64,000 nt of DNA from Candidatus Bathyarchaeia archaeon (GTDB taxonomy: Archaea; Thermoproteota; Bathyarchaeia; Bathyarchaeales; Bathycorpusculaceae): NCBI GenBank assembly GCA_038882975.1, contig JAVZNE010000002.1, positions 64,001 through 128,000 of the forward strand, given 5' to 3'. Shown one piece after another: positions 37,730 to 47,608 of this stretch; the stretch's first letter is position 1, and every line of letters begins with the position of its first letter. Made by a program: the position numbers and the translations under genes. The notes beneath the pieces were generated by a model. That model saw only the letters and a list, made by a program, of their open reading frames with translations. It did no database searches and was not told the DNA's origin.

Positions 37730-38605
37730 CTGCCGTCCCAACAAGTTTTGAAAGAAAAAATCGACGAGGTCGAAGAAATAACAAAAATTCTTAACCAATA
37801 TAGAGTGGTGGGCATAGCAAGCCTCCAGAAGGTTAGGGCTTCCCAGCTTCAAGAGTTTAAGAAAAAGTTGGCGGCAGACGTTTACATGCGAGTCGTAAAG
37901 AACACATTAATGAAAAGAGCTATTGAAAACTGTAAAGAAAAACAGGGACTGGAAAAACTGGAGAAATACTTGACAGGACCAAACGTCTTCCTCTTCACAA
38001 ACTTAAACCCATTTAAATTGGCGTTGCTTCTTGAAAAGGGAAAAGTTCGCCTAACAGCAAAGGCGGGTGATATAGCTTCTTTCGATGTCATAGTTCCAGC
38101 GGGAAATACTGGACAACCTCCAGGACCAATAATAAGCCAGTTGAACGCTGTGGGTTTGCCGACAAGAATTGAGGCTGGAAGCGTGTGGATAACAAAAGAC
38201 ACTTTGGTGGCGCGCAAAGGCGAAGTAATTTCCGACAAACTTGCAAGCGTTTTGTCGAAACTTGGAATAAAACCCGTTGAAGCAGGTCTCATAATGAAGG
38301 CTGTATACGACGAAGGCTTAATCATAGAAGGAGAACAGCTCAAGATAGATTTAGAGGAAACCAAGAAACAGTTTGAATCTGCCCATGCTGAAGCCTTTAA
38401 ACTGTCAATAGGTGTGGCTTACCCGACAAAGGAAAATGTACAAGTCTTAATCCACATCGCCCACCAAGAGGCATATTCTCTCTCGCTAGGTGCAGCTATA
38501 CCAACCAAAGAAACAATAAAAGACCTTATCAGGAAGGCTTATGCCGAAATGTTAAGCTTAAGTATGAGAATTCCCAATTTGGGAGAGGAAACGAAGCAAA
38601 GTTAA
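37730..38605 (+). CDS. rpl10: 50S ribosomal protein L10 (P0)
   Basis: VVKNTL, TNLNPFKL, PAGNTGQPPGP; start either CTG 37730 (after GAGGGG) or TTG 37748. Confidence 0.95.
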   Translation: MPSQQVLKEKIDEVEEITKILNQYRVVGIASLQKVRASQLQEFKKKLAADVYMRVVKNTLMKRAIENCKEKQGLEKLEKYLTGPNVFLFTNLNPFKLALLLEKGKVRLTAKAGDIASFDVIVPAGNTGQPPGPIISQLNAVGLPTRIEAGSVWITKDTLVARKGEVISDKLASVLSKLGIKPVEAGLIMKAVYDEGLIIEGEQLKIDLEETKKQFESAHAEAFKLSIGVAYPTKENVQVLIHIAHQEAYSLSLGAAIPTKETIKDLIRKAYAEMLSLSMRIPNLGEETKQS

Positions 38606-38632
38606 AATGGTTTAGGTAGAGGTGAAAAATGT

Positions 38633-38959
38633 ATGGAATACATTTACGCTGCAATGCTCCTCCACAAAGCTGGAAAACAAATAAACGAAGAAAACCTAAC
38701 ACAGGTTCTGACCGCAGCAGGAATAAATGTTGACGCCGTCAGAGTTAAAGCCCTAGTAGCCTCACTCTCAGAGGTCAACATAGACGAAGTTATAAAGGCA
38801 GCACCAACAATGATGGCAGCACCAGCCGCTGTACCAGCAGCCGCAGCACCAGCAGCAGCAGAAGCTAAACCTAAAGAGGAAGAGAAGAAAAAGAAGGAAG
38901 AAGAGGAGAAAGCCAGAGAAGAAGCAGCGCTTGAGGGGCTTGGAGCACTCTTCGGCTAA
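38633..38959 (+). CDS. rpl12: 50S ribosomal protein P1/L12
   Basis: [11 protein letters not shown], Ala-rich hinge, GLGALFG. Confidence 0.97.
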   Translation: MEYIYAAMLLHKAGKQINEENLTQVLTAAGINVDAVRVKALVASLSEVNIDEVIKAAPTMMAAPAAVPAAAAPAAAEAKPKEEEKKKKEEEEKAREEAALEGLGALFG

Positions 38960-39048
38960 ACACGCCTTTTATTTTTGCAGATTACTAGAAAACCAGTTTA
39001 TAGAAGCCTAGTAATGGATATAAACTTCGTTCCAAATAAACGGCTATC

Positions 39049-39462
39049 ATGAAGCTCTGCAGCGCCTGCTTGTTAGGTATAAGATGCAGATACGACGGAA
39101 GAGACGCCCTCAACGAAAAAGTTATCACGCTATTGAAAAAGGAAATTCTCATACCGGTATGCCCAGAACAGCTCGGCGGCTTACCAACGCCAAGGGAACC
39201 AGCGGAAATCAGAGGTGAAAAAGTAATCACTAGATTTGGAAAGGATGTAACAGAGAACTTTAAGCGTGGGGCTGAAGAGGTTTGGAAAATCGCGAAATTG
39301 TTCGGTGTGAGGGAGGCGGTTTTAAAACAGGGAAGCCCGTCATGTGGTTGCGGGCGCATTTATGATGGCACGTTTTCTGGCAAGATTATAGAAGGTGATG
39401 GTATCACCGCAGCCATGCTCAAAAAGCATGGAATTAAGGTGATAACTGAAGAAGACCTATAG
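39049..39462 (+). CDS. DUF523 (2-thiouracil desulfurase-like) Fe-S protein
   Basis: SACLLG..CRYDG, VCPEQLGGLPTPR, SPSCG. Confidence 0.9.
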   Translation: MKLCSACLLGIRCRYDGRDALNEKVITLLKKEILIPVCPEQLGGLPTPREPAEIRGEKVITRFGKDVTENFKRGAEEVWKIAKLFGVREAVLKQGSPSCGCGRIYDGTFSGKIIEGDGITAAMLKKHGIKVITEEDL

Positions 39463-39485
39463 ATTCTGATTTGCGCTATACATTT

Positions 39486-40481
39486 TTATGTTTTTAAGTC
39501 TTTCAGTAACAGCAGAGGCAGCCATCCACAAATAATCATTAAGGTTCCGGGAAACGCCCTCAAGTTGAAATTCAATATTACTGCCTCAAAAATAAAGAAG
39601 GATGTCGCCATCGCAACAGCCGCCAGTAATGCAAGTTGTCGCCCATATTTCTTGCAGGTTTGCACGGTAATAAGTCCGGCAAAAAAGAAGTCTCCTAAAC
39701 CAAGTGACATGTAAAGGATTCCCCAGCTCGTCGTTATCACCGGAACTGTTGGCATGATAACAAGTACAGGTAGCCTTAAAGCGGAAACATGTGTCGCTGC
39801 CGAAACCATAGTTCCAGTTATAAGGACAAGAATTACATCTGCAACCGTTAAAAGCCCGGCAAAAATAAGTGTTGTTTTCCATGTGAAAAGTGTTCCCAGA
39901 TAAAGGGTTATTAAAATGGCGAACAATATGCCGTACATGTTAAGAAGGAATGGAAACCATATTGGGCTTCCGCTGTAGAAGACGTAGAGGATTATAAATA
40001 GGGCGGATGGTAGAAAAGCCAAATACCACCGCCGCCCAGTCTTCGTCCTTGTTTCTTCATAGGTTAGGGCTATGAAAGAAAAGCCAAGCATGCAATAGAA
40101 TGCCGCAGCCCCGTAAGCGGATAGCCCCCCTAATACGCTCATGTTGAAGAGGCTGACCGTCGCGGCTATAAAGCTGACTGTAAAAAAGCCAGCACAGAAG
40201 AGTTGGGCTTTGATTCTTCTTAAATCTGAAAAGATATATGTGAATATAAATAAAAGAGCAGCATAGGCGAACAGAAACATTGTCATAATAGCCATCTGCG
40301 GAACAAAAACCATAAGCGACACAGCTACACTTATAGCGGTTACGAGCAGAACAGCATCCTTAACGCCGAATTCCCTTTCCTCAAAAGTTATCTTCAGCTT
40401 TCTCTCAACCTTATCGTTTAGAAACGTTGCTGCTAAGGTGACCGCAAAAAGCGTTAGCGGCATGGCAAAGTCAAAGTACAT
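39486..40481 (-). CDS. Presenilin/signal peptide peptidase-like intramembrane aspartyl protease
   Basis: Multi-TM; ADVILV and LGLGDF catalytic aspartate motifs; PGT in place of PAL. Confidence 0.75.
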   Translation of the reverse strand: MYFDFAMPLTLFAVTLAATFLNDKVERKLKITFEEREFGVKDAVLLVTAISVAVSLMVFVPQMAIMTMFLFAYAALLFIFTYIFSDLRRIKAQLFCAGFFTVSFIAATVSLFNMSVLGGLSAYGAAAFYCMLGFSFIALTYEETRTKTGRRWYLAFLPSALFIILYVFYSGSPIWFPFLLNMYGILFAILITLYLGTLFTWKTTLIFAGLLTVADVILVLITGTMVSAATHVSALRLPVLVIMPTVPVITTSWGILYMSLGLGDFFFAGLITVQTCKKYGRQLALLAAVAMATSFFIFEAVILNFNLRAFPGTLMIICGWLPLLLLKDLKT

Positions 40482-40513
40482 GAGCGCAAATAGGCTAAAC
40501 AAACATTTAAACC

Positions 40514-41368
40514 TTAAACCGTGAAAGTGCAATTAAAAACCGCCAAAGAAGCAATTAGTGCCTCTTCGGTTCGTACGGTTTCCGTCCACTGCCCCGGAAT
40601 GGTGTTAACGACAAAATCTACGATTTGGTCAAGTTTTAGTCCTTCTTGTTTCGCTACTTCATACAGCCCCTTTGCCGGCGCCCCGAAGGCTATTAATATT
40701 TTTTCCGCTTTTTCCCACTTTTCAGTGATTACGTCTTTAACATAGGTGAAGAGAGCTCCGTATTTTGATGTGGCTATTTTCAGGTCAAATTTTCTATCCT
40801 TTACCAGTTTTCCGAACGGGTCTTCCCAAATGGTTACTGTGTACCCCCAATAGTGTGGGACATCGCTGCGGTTTGCGAGGCTTGTCACAATATGCTTGTT
40901 TACGCCAGTTACCTTTACGGTTACCCGCTTTCCGAGAGGCAAACGTACGTCTGGAATTAGTGCAAGTTTATCCACGCCCACATCCACGAGCGTGCCTTTC
41001 TCCGACTTCGCCACCGTAACACCCTCTCGGTAGTCGCCAACTCTTAGGTCTGCTGCCCTTTTGCCTAAGGGATGGTGTGGTGTTCTTAAAGGTGGAAGAA
41101 TACCAGCATAGCGCAGTTCGGGTTTCAACTTGAACAGTTTCTTGCGCAAATACTGCGGAGTTTCCATGTAACTTAGTAGCGTAGCGATTAAATCTATGTC
41201 TGCCTTCTGGTTTAGTTTTAAGTCGTCCTTGTAAATTATTATTTCTTCAACTCCAAAAATGGCGGCTGCCCTCCCAATCAAGCCTATTTTTGAGGTTTTT
41301 TCTCGAAGATGTGGTGTGTCGGAAACAACAGATGCTGGAATGGCTATCGCGATACTTTTCCTTTGCAA
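40514..41368 (-). CDS. SPOUT RNA methyltransferase (DUF171 / MTH1-like)
   Basis: IGRAAAIF, YMETPQYLRK, GILPPLRTPHH, TVRTEEA. Confidence 0.9.
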   Translation of the reverse strand: MQRKSIAIAIPASVVSDTPHLREKTSKIGLIGRAAAIFGVEEIIIYKDDLKLNQKADIDLIATLLSYMETPQYLRKKLFKLKPELRYAGILPPLRTPHHPLGKRAADLRVGDYREGVTVAKSEKGTLVDVGVDKLALIPDVRLPLGKRVTVKVTGVNKHIVTSLANRSDVPHYWGYTVTIWEDPFGKLVKDRKFDLKIATSKYGALFTYVKDVITEKWEKAEKILIAFGAPAKGLYEVAKQEGLKLDQIVDFVVNTIPGQWTETVRTEEALIASLAVFNCTFTV

Positions 41369-41452
41369 CTTTTACACCTTTCCGTTTTACTGTATGATGG
41401 CTTTTGCTTAAAAGCTAAAAGCAGACGGCCACTAACTGCATACCGATGCAAG

Positions 41453-42595
41453 ATGCCAAAAACATCAATTCTGGACAACCCAGACAAGATTAGAAGGGTA
41501 GATAAAAGCGGCATGCTTTCATTTTATGTTGACGCTGCAAAACATTATGAAAAAGCTGTCCAAATGGCCGAAAAAGTTGTGGTTAATTATCTAAAACCAA
41601 CATCGATAATTGTGGCCGGCATGGGCGGCTCAGCAATAGGCGGGGAACTCCTAAAAGACTGGGCGAGTGACGTGCTAAAAATTCCAGTGGAGGTTTGCAG
41701 GGAGTACATGCTGCCAGCCTATGCTAACAAGCACACATTGGCGTTCATTGTAAGCTACTCTGGAGAAACCGAAGAAACCCTAAGCGCCTTTCTTGAAGCA
41801 GTTAAGCAGAATTGCATGATAATCTGCATAAGCTCCGGGGGCGCCCTCTTAGATTTTGCGGAAAAATTAAAAATTCCAAGCGTTCGCATCCCAAAGGGAA
41901 TTCCGCCCAGGGCAGCCCTTCCATATCTTTTCACTCCGAAACTAATAATCTTGGAAAAACTTGGCTTAGTGGCGGAAGTTGGAGCTGAAATCTCTGAAGC
42001 CATTACGGTGTTAAGGCAAGTCTGCAGCGAAAATGCGCCGGAAACACCGTTCGAAGAAAACTTTTCCAAAAAACTCGCCGCTGACATTTGCGGAACATTT
42101 CCTGTTGTCTATGGCTTTGGATTCTACCGCTCAGTGGCGCAACGTTTCAAACAGCAATTCAACGAGAACAGCAAGATTCCAGCAAAATGGGATTTTTTCC
42201 CAGAGCTAAACCACAACGAGATTGTGGGTTGGGACGAAGCTGAGAAACTAGCAAGCTATTTCTCGGCGATAATTATGCGAGATAGAAGTGAGCCAGAGCC
42301 CATCAGATGCAGAATAGAGGCGACAAAGGAATTGCTAAGCAGCAAGACGAAGGGAATCTACGAGGTCTGGAGCCGAGGCGGGGGAAAGTTGGCTAGGATG
42401 TTGTCCGCAACTATCATTGGAGATTTTACAAGTGTTTATCTTGCAATCTTACGGGGCGTTGACCCGACACCAGTAAAGACAATTACCATGTTAAAGGATA
42501 AAATTGCTAAAACTGGTCTAAAAGAAAGAACAATTAGCGAACTGCAAAGCCTTGTTAAGAAAAGGGTTTATAGAACTAAAGCCTTTGAGCGATAA
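41453..42595 (+). CDS. Bifunctional phosphoglucose/phosphomannose isomerase
   Basis: GMGGSAIGG, SYSGETEETL, PRAA, QFNENSK, PELNHNE. Confidence 0.93.
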   Translation: MPKTSILDNPDKIRRVDKSGMLSFYVDAAKHYEKAVQMAEKVVVNYLKPTSIIVAGMGGSAIGGELLKDWASDVLKIPVEVCREYMLPAYANKHTLAFIVSYSGETEETLSAFLEAVKQNCMIICISSGGALLDFAEKLKIPSVRIPKGIPPRAALPYLFTPKLIILEKLGLVAEVGAEISEAITVLRQVCSENAPETPFEENFSKKLAADICGTFPVVYGFGFYRSVAQRFKQQFNENSKIPAKWDFFPELNHNEIVGWDEAEKLASYFSAIIMRDRSEPEPIRCRIEATKELLSSKTKGIYEVWSRGGGKLARMLSATIIGDFTSVYLAILRGVDPTPVKTITMLKDKIAKTGLKERTISELQSLVKKRVYRTKAFER

Positions 42596-43637
42596 ATTCT
42601 TCAAACATTCTTTCAGCTATTTCCAAAGACAGCAGTTGTGGGGGGCGTTTAAAGGCGTACACGCATATTGGGAGAATTGCCCCTTTCAATTTTCTGTTTA
42701 ATGCAATTTTAACAGCCCTTATAACGTCCAGCAACACTGAGCCCGCATTTGGCGCATCCACCGTTGAGAGGCGCATGTCTATCTGCATGGGCGTCCCGCA
42801 GAAGTATAGCCCCCTAATCCAGAAATAACTGTCGCGTCTGTTCTGCAAGAAATCCACATAATCCGTTGAACCCGCAATAACCTCCGCTTCGTATGGAAGT
42901 GCCGCCTTAACGGTTTCAGTTTTAACGGACCTTTTCAGCTCACGTGTCCTATCCAACGTGTCAAGCGACTCGGTACCTCCGCCAACGTCAAGCTGGTAAG
43001 TCTCAGTTATGCGCACACCATGCCTTGTAAGAAGCCTGAGCAACGTTTTGTGCAGTGTTGTGGCGCCTATCTGATCTACGAGGTCATCACCAACAAGAGG
43101 TAATCCTGCCTCTTCAAAGCGTCTAGCCCAAGCAGAGTCGCTTGCTATAAAGGTAGGTGTAGTGTTTATAAAGGCGCATCCCGCCTCCAAGGATTGGCTG
43201 GCATACCATTCAGAGGCTTTTACAGCACCGCTTGGGAGTAGGTTAAGTACAATTTCCGCCCCGCTTTCTTTTAGCACATTGGCAACCTTAACTTCATTTG
43301 AATCGTTTACTTGGATAACTTCTTTTGTATATTCGCCCACGCCATCTAAAACTGGCCCTTTCTGGACAATTACATCACATAGTGGCACATCCACAAGTTT
43401 TGGGACATTGTTCGGCGGGGCAAATATGGCTTCTGAAAGGTCTCGCCCAACTTTCCTGCTGTCAATGTCAAAGGCTGCAACTACTTGGATGTCTTTTGGG
43501 TGTAAGCCTCCCAAGAAGAGGTTGCGTAAACCCACACACTCATCACTGCTATTGAAGTTCTTATAGTACTGCAAGCCCTGTACAAGGGCAGATGCACAAT
43601 TTCCGACGCCGACAATGGCAACTTTTATTTTTGGCAA
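42576..43637 (-). CDS. ino1: myo-inositol-1-phosphate synthase
   Basis: VAIVGVGNCASALVQG, VGDD..GAT, YQLDVGG, DAPNAG. Confidence 0.9.
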   Translation of the reverse strand: MPKIKVAIVGVGNCASALVQGLQYYKNFNSSDECVGLRNLFLGGLHPKDIQVVAAFDIDSRKVGRDLSEAIFAPPNNVPKLVDVPLCDVIVQKGPVLDGVGEYTKEVIQVNDSNEVKVANVLKESGAEIVLNLLPSGAVKASEWYASQSLEAGCAFINTTPTFIASDSAWARRFEEAGLPLVGDDLVDQIGATTLHKTLLRLLTRHGVRITETYQLDVGGGTESLDTLDRTRELKRSVKTETVKAALPYEAEVIAGSTDYVDFLQNRRDSYFWIRGLYFCGTPMQIDMRLSTVDAPNAGSVLLDVIRAVKIALNRKLKGAILPICVYAFKRPPQLLSLEIAERMFEEFIAQRL

Positions 43638-43723
43638 GCCTAAGCCACCACTTTTGTTCCTTTCATATTGCATACGGATTTATAAAGCTCTATGCCAATC
43701 CATTAGCGTTAAGCGTGGTAAAA

Positions 43724-43963
43724 ATGAAAACATGGTTAGATGTTTCAGTTCTGCGCTGTCCAAACTGCGGACGCCACTATGTTGAAGCGTCATGGTATGT
43801 TGTTGAGATGGAGGCGGACATTGAATGCGGAGAGTGCGGGAAAGAATTTAACAGCAAAAAGAACGCATTGGACAGAGTTCTCCTAGGATTTGAAATAGGT
43901 GAAGATGGCAAACTCCAAAAAGTTGAAGTTGCTAAACACTTTAAAATAGAGAAAAACGAATAA
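43724..43963 (+). CDS. Small zinc-ribbon protein
   Basis: CPNCG..CGECG; ATG 43724. Confidence 0.75.
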   Translation: MKTWLDVSVLRCPNCGRHYVEASWYVVEMEADIECGECGKEFNSKKNALDRVLLGFEIGEDGKLQKVEVAKHFKIEKNE

Positions 43964-44034
43964 ATTGGTTCGCATCGTCACACAAGCATCATCATTTGGG
44001 AAGCCTTAAAGATTTCGAAGCCTCAACATAGAAG

Positions 44035-45804
44035 GTGGTTAAGAACTTGAAAAACCAAGCGCCGGACAAGTTCACAATAATCAACGAGTTAGCCCGCCGA
44101 AGAGGTTTCTTTTGGCAATCTTACGAAATATACGGGGGCGTAAGCGGTTTTGTGACCTATGGCTTTTTGGGTTCAAAGCTAAAACAAAACATTGAAAATA
44201 AGCTTAGGGAAATCTTCGTCAACAAACTTGGAATAATGGAGATAGAAGCCCCAATCATCGCGCCAAGCAAAGTTTTCGAGGCGTCAGGCCACGTTGACCA
44301 TTTCAAAGAGCCCATGGTTGAATGCCTAAAATGCAAAAGGCGGTTTCGAGCAGACCACTTGCTTGAAGAAACAGCGGGGCTGAGAGCCTCAGACGTCGAA
44401 AAATTAAGCCTAGAAGAGCTGAAAGAAGCTATTGAAAAACATGACGCACGATGCCCAGAATGCGGAGGCACCTTCAGCGAACCAAAGCATTTCCTAACAA
44501 TGTTTAAGACCACTATAGGCCCGTACTCAGAAGCTGTTGGATATGGCCGCCCAGAGGCTGCCCAAAGCATTTTCGTAGAGTTTAGACGCTTATACGAGAT
44601 GGCACGGGAGAAACTGCCCTTCGGTGTGATGCAAATCGGCCATGCATTGCGAAACGAGATTTCGCCGAGGCAAGGTTTGATAAGGCTCAGGGAATTCACT
44701 ATTATTGATATAGAGTTTTTCTTTGACCCAGAAGATCCAGGCTGTTTCTTGTTGGAAGAGGTGGGAGACGAGACTTTAAGGCTTGTTTTAGCCGAAAGCA
44801 AGCTTCGCGGTTCAGAAGAAATAGTGGAGGTCACGGTTAAAGAGGCTCTTGATAGAGGCTACATTAAAGTTTCTTGGCAAGCGGCTTTCATGGCGCTAGC
44901 CAAAAGATTGCTAATGGAATTGGGTGTGCCAGCTGAAAATCAAAGGTTTATCGAGAAATTGCCATGGGAGCGGGCACACTATTCCCTTCAAAGCTTCGAC
45001 CAAGAAGTTTACGTTGACCGCTGGGGATGGATTGAAGTTTCTGGACATGCCTACAGAACGGATTACGATTTAAAACAACACATGCAATTTAGCGGGACAG
45101 ACACAAGGGTGTTTAAAGAGTACGAAAAGCCTATAGTGAAAGAGAAAAAAGTTGTTAAGCCTTTGATGGCGAAGCTTGGACCAACTTTTAAGGGAGAGGC
45201 ACAAAAAATTTCTGAGATGCTATCTGAAGTTAACCCTGAAGAAATTGAAAGCGCATTTGAGGCGAAAGGCTACTTCATGCTTGGGGAATACAAAATTTTG
45301 CCTGAACATGTGGAGATTATAACGTGTAAAGTGAAGGAAAGGGGTAGACGTTTCATACCTCATGTTGTAGAGCCTAGTTTCGGCTCTGATAGGCTTGTTT
45401 ACGTGGCTCTTGAGTATGCATACCACGTGAAAGACGACAGAGTAGTGCTTAGTTTTCCAAGGGATATAGCGCCAATACAGGTTGGAGTTTACCCACTCGT
45501 AAGCAAGGATGGCTTGCCAGAGAAGGCTTTGCAAGTTTACAAAATGCTGGTCAATGAAGGCTTCACAGCAGAATATGATGAGGCGGGCTCCATTGGGAGA
45601 CGCTACGCCAGAGCGGATGAGGCGGGCATACCGTTGGGGATAACGATTGATTATGATACTTTGAAGGACGACACTGTCACCATTCGAGACCGAGACACTT
45701 GGAGGCAGGTTAGAAACCGCATAGATGCCTTACCAGAACTTTTGCACAAATATTTCCACAAAAAAATCGAGTTCGAAGATTTAGGCACCCTTGTCAAGGA
45801 ATAG
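44035..45804 (+). CDS. glyS: Glycine--tRNA ligase (alpha2 type)
   Basis: RRGFFW..YEIYGG, RPEAAQ, RNEISPRQG, EPSFG, IGRRYAR.DE. Confidence 0.97.
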   Translation: MVKNLKNQAPDKFTIINELARRRGFFWQSYEIYGGVSGFVTYGFLGSKLKQNIENKLREIFVNKLGIMEIEAPIIAPSKVFEASGHVDHFKEPMVECLKCKRRFRADHLLEETAGLRASDVEKLSLEELKEAIEKHDARCPECGGTFSEPKHFLTMFKTTIGPYSEAVGYGRPEAAQSIFVEFRRLYEMAREKLPFGVMQIGHALRNEISPRQGLIRLREFTIIDIEFFFDPEDPGCFLLEEVGDETLRLVLAESKLRGSEEIVEVTVKEALDRGYIKVSWQAAFMALAKRLLMELGVPAENQRFIEKLPWERAHYSLQSFDQEVYVDRWGWIEVSGHAYRTDYDLKQHMQFSGTDTRVFKEYEKPIVKEKKVVKPLMAKLGPTFKGEAQKISEMLSEVNPEEIESAFEAKGYFMLGEYKILPEHVEIITCKVKERGRRFIPHVVEPSFGSDRLVYVALEYAYHVKDDRVVLSFPRDIAPIQVGVYPLVSKDGLPEKALQVYKMLVNEGFTAEYDEAGSIGRRYARADEAGIPLGITIDYDTLKDDTVTIRDRDTWRQVRNRIDALPELLHKYFHKKIEFEDLGTLVKE

Positions 45805-45880
45805 TTTTCGTTACCTTTTTTAATACTTCCACAATATTATTGTTGACGGCTATTAATACAGTTTTGCGGCGGGAAGAAGC

Positions 45881-46540
45881 TTGGTGCTTCCGGCAGAAAC
45901 AGAGGAACGCGTTAAACGCAGAGCATTAAGCGTGTGCCAAGAGCACCTAAGAAAAGTATTAGATTTAACGCGGAAAGTTCCTCAAATGATTGAATGCTTC
46001 ATAAAAAACGATAAGGCGCGCGCAAAGCAAATTTACAATGAAATAAGAATGGGCGAGGAAGACGTTGACAACGCTAGGCGCCTGGTTTCCCGCGAGTTGG
46101 CAGAGATAGGCGCCATCCTATTAAGCCGCGAAGACTTCTTAAGATTCACAAATTTGGCTGGGGAGATTGCTGACTTCTCCGAAGGAATAGCCTTCCGCAT
46201 CCTCGAGATAATGGAGCACAACTGGAACGTACCAACAGAGATTAAAAGGGACCTCTTGAAGCTTTCAGAAGCCTCGCTGGAAACTGTACTTAAACTGAGG
46301 GAAACGATGATGGTTTTGGCTTATGGTTCAGAGAAGGCTATGGAAAAAGCCAGCGAGGTTGAGTCGGCGGAACGAGTCGTTGACGAGCTTTATCGAACCC
46401 TTGAAATAAAACTTCTAAATAGCAAATTGGAAATTCCTGCACTAATACTTTTGAGGGATATTCTACAACTTTTGGAGGATTCCGCTGACAAAGCAGAGGA
46501 TGCTGCAGACGCCGCAAGGGTCTTATCCTTCATAATGTAA
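45881..46540 (+). CDS. DUF47/PhoU-like helical protein
   Basis: E..VDNARR, REDF, E..VDELYR, LEDSADKAEDAAD. Confidence 0.8.
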   Translation: MVLPAETEERVKRRALSVCQEHLRKVLDLTRKVPQMIECFIKNDKARAKQIYNEIRMGEEDVDNARRLVSRELAEIGAILLSREDFLRFTNLAGEIADFSEGIAFRILEIMEHNWNVPTEIKRDLLKLSEASLETVLKLRETMMVLAYGSEKAMEKASEVESAERVVDELYRTLEIKLLNSKLEIPALILLRDILQLLEDSADKAEDAADAARVLSFIM

Positions 46541-46561
46541 ATGCAAAGCGAAGGACAACAC

Positions 46562-47119
46562 ATGCCAAGAAAAATACCAGTAGAATTCATCGAAAACTTT
46601 CTGGTGGTTTGGAACCCAAGTGACGGGTCTGAACTTTACAAAATAGGGTTTTATGGCAAGCCGCTTGGCATACCGAAACCAAAAATTCCAGAGTTTAATG
46701 TCCCATTAATTCTAGATTTAATGGAGGGTTTATACCTCGCTGAAAAAGGTGTAATAACGGTTTACGAGGGCGCGGAAAAAACCCGTGTAAGCCTTAAGAA
46801 ACTGCGGCAGAAAGCTCGAACATTATATGAAGAGTTTGACGAGAAATACGCGGTTTACCGCGACTTGCGGGACAGCGGGCTAGTTGTCACGCCGGGGATA
46901 AAGTTTGGATGCGACTTCGCAGTTTACAAGCATGGACCAGGATTGGAACACGCGCCATACATGGTTTCAGTTAAGAAGGCTTCATCCGAGTTAACAGCCA
47001 CAGAAATAGTTAAGGCGGGAAGATTAGCGACAACTGTGCGCAAAAGGTTCATAATAGCAGTGCCAGACATGGAAAAGGGGAAAATAAGGTACCTAATCTT
47101 CAAATGGTTTAAGGCATAG
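46562..47119 (+). CDS. endA: tRNA-intron endonuclease
   Basis: VYRDLRDSG..PGIKFGCDFAVY..H..GRLATTVRK catalytic Tyr/His/Lys. Confidence 0.93.
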   Translation: MPRKIPVEFIENFLVVWNPSDGSELYKIGFYGKPLGIPKPKIPEFNVPLILDLMEGLYLAEKGVITVYEGAEKTRVSLKKLRQKARTLYEEFDEKYAVYRDLRDSGLVVTPGIKFGCDFAVYKHGPGLEHAPYMVSVKKASSELTATEIVKAGRLATTVRKRFIIAVPDMEKGKIRYLIFKWFKA

Positions 47120-47123
47120 CCTC

Positions 47124-47606
47124 CTACGCTTTACCAGCGCTTTTCAGAATTATTTGAAGAATTTCTTCTTCTAGGGTTAGTCCTTCCCTCGGATTCTCAA
47201 CTATTTTTCCCAATTCTACGCCTTTCTTGTTAAAAACAAGGATTAAGGGGATTTTGTCCACATGAAATTTCTCAACTTCCGATGGCGATGGTGGAATGCT
47301 CCACTTTCGGCTAGGATTTAACGGATCTCTCTTCAACCCTCCGAAAATTCTCACCTCTAATCCTGTGGCTTCTGAAATTAATGCCAATACCGGGATGTTT
47401 GCGGCGCAATCTTTGCACCATTCAGCGGAAAAAGCAACCACCACAACGTTGTCTACGATATGCTTTAATTTACCAATCACCTCCCAGTTTAACTTGTATG
47501 TTTCCTTCCGCTCAAGAAACTTTGCACGATAGGGTTCGCTAATGCTTGCGATATACCGGTTTACGGGCATCGTTCTTAGTTTGATTTCTTCCAAATCAAT
47601 TTTCAT
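47124..47606 (-). CDS. Thioredoxin-family protein
   Basis: AEWCKDC, KIP cis-Pro, ELGKIVENP. Confidence 0.85.
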   Translation of the reverse strand: MKIDLEEIKLRTMPVNRYIASISEPYRAKFLERKETYKLNWEVIGKLKHIVDNVVVVAFSAEWCKDCAANIPVLALISEATGLEVRIFGGLKRDPLNPSRKWSIPPSPSEVEKFHVDKIPLILVFNKKGVELGKIVENPREGLTLEEEILQIILKSAGKA

Positions 47607-47608
47607 TG

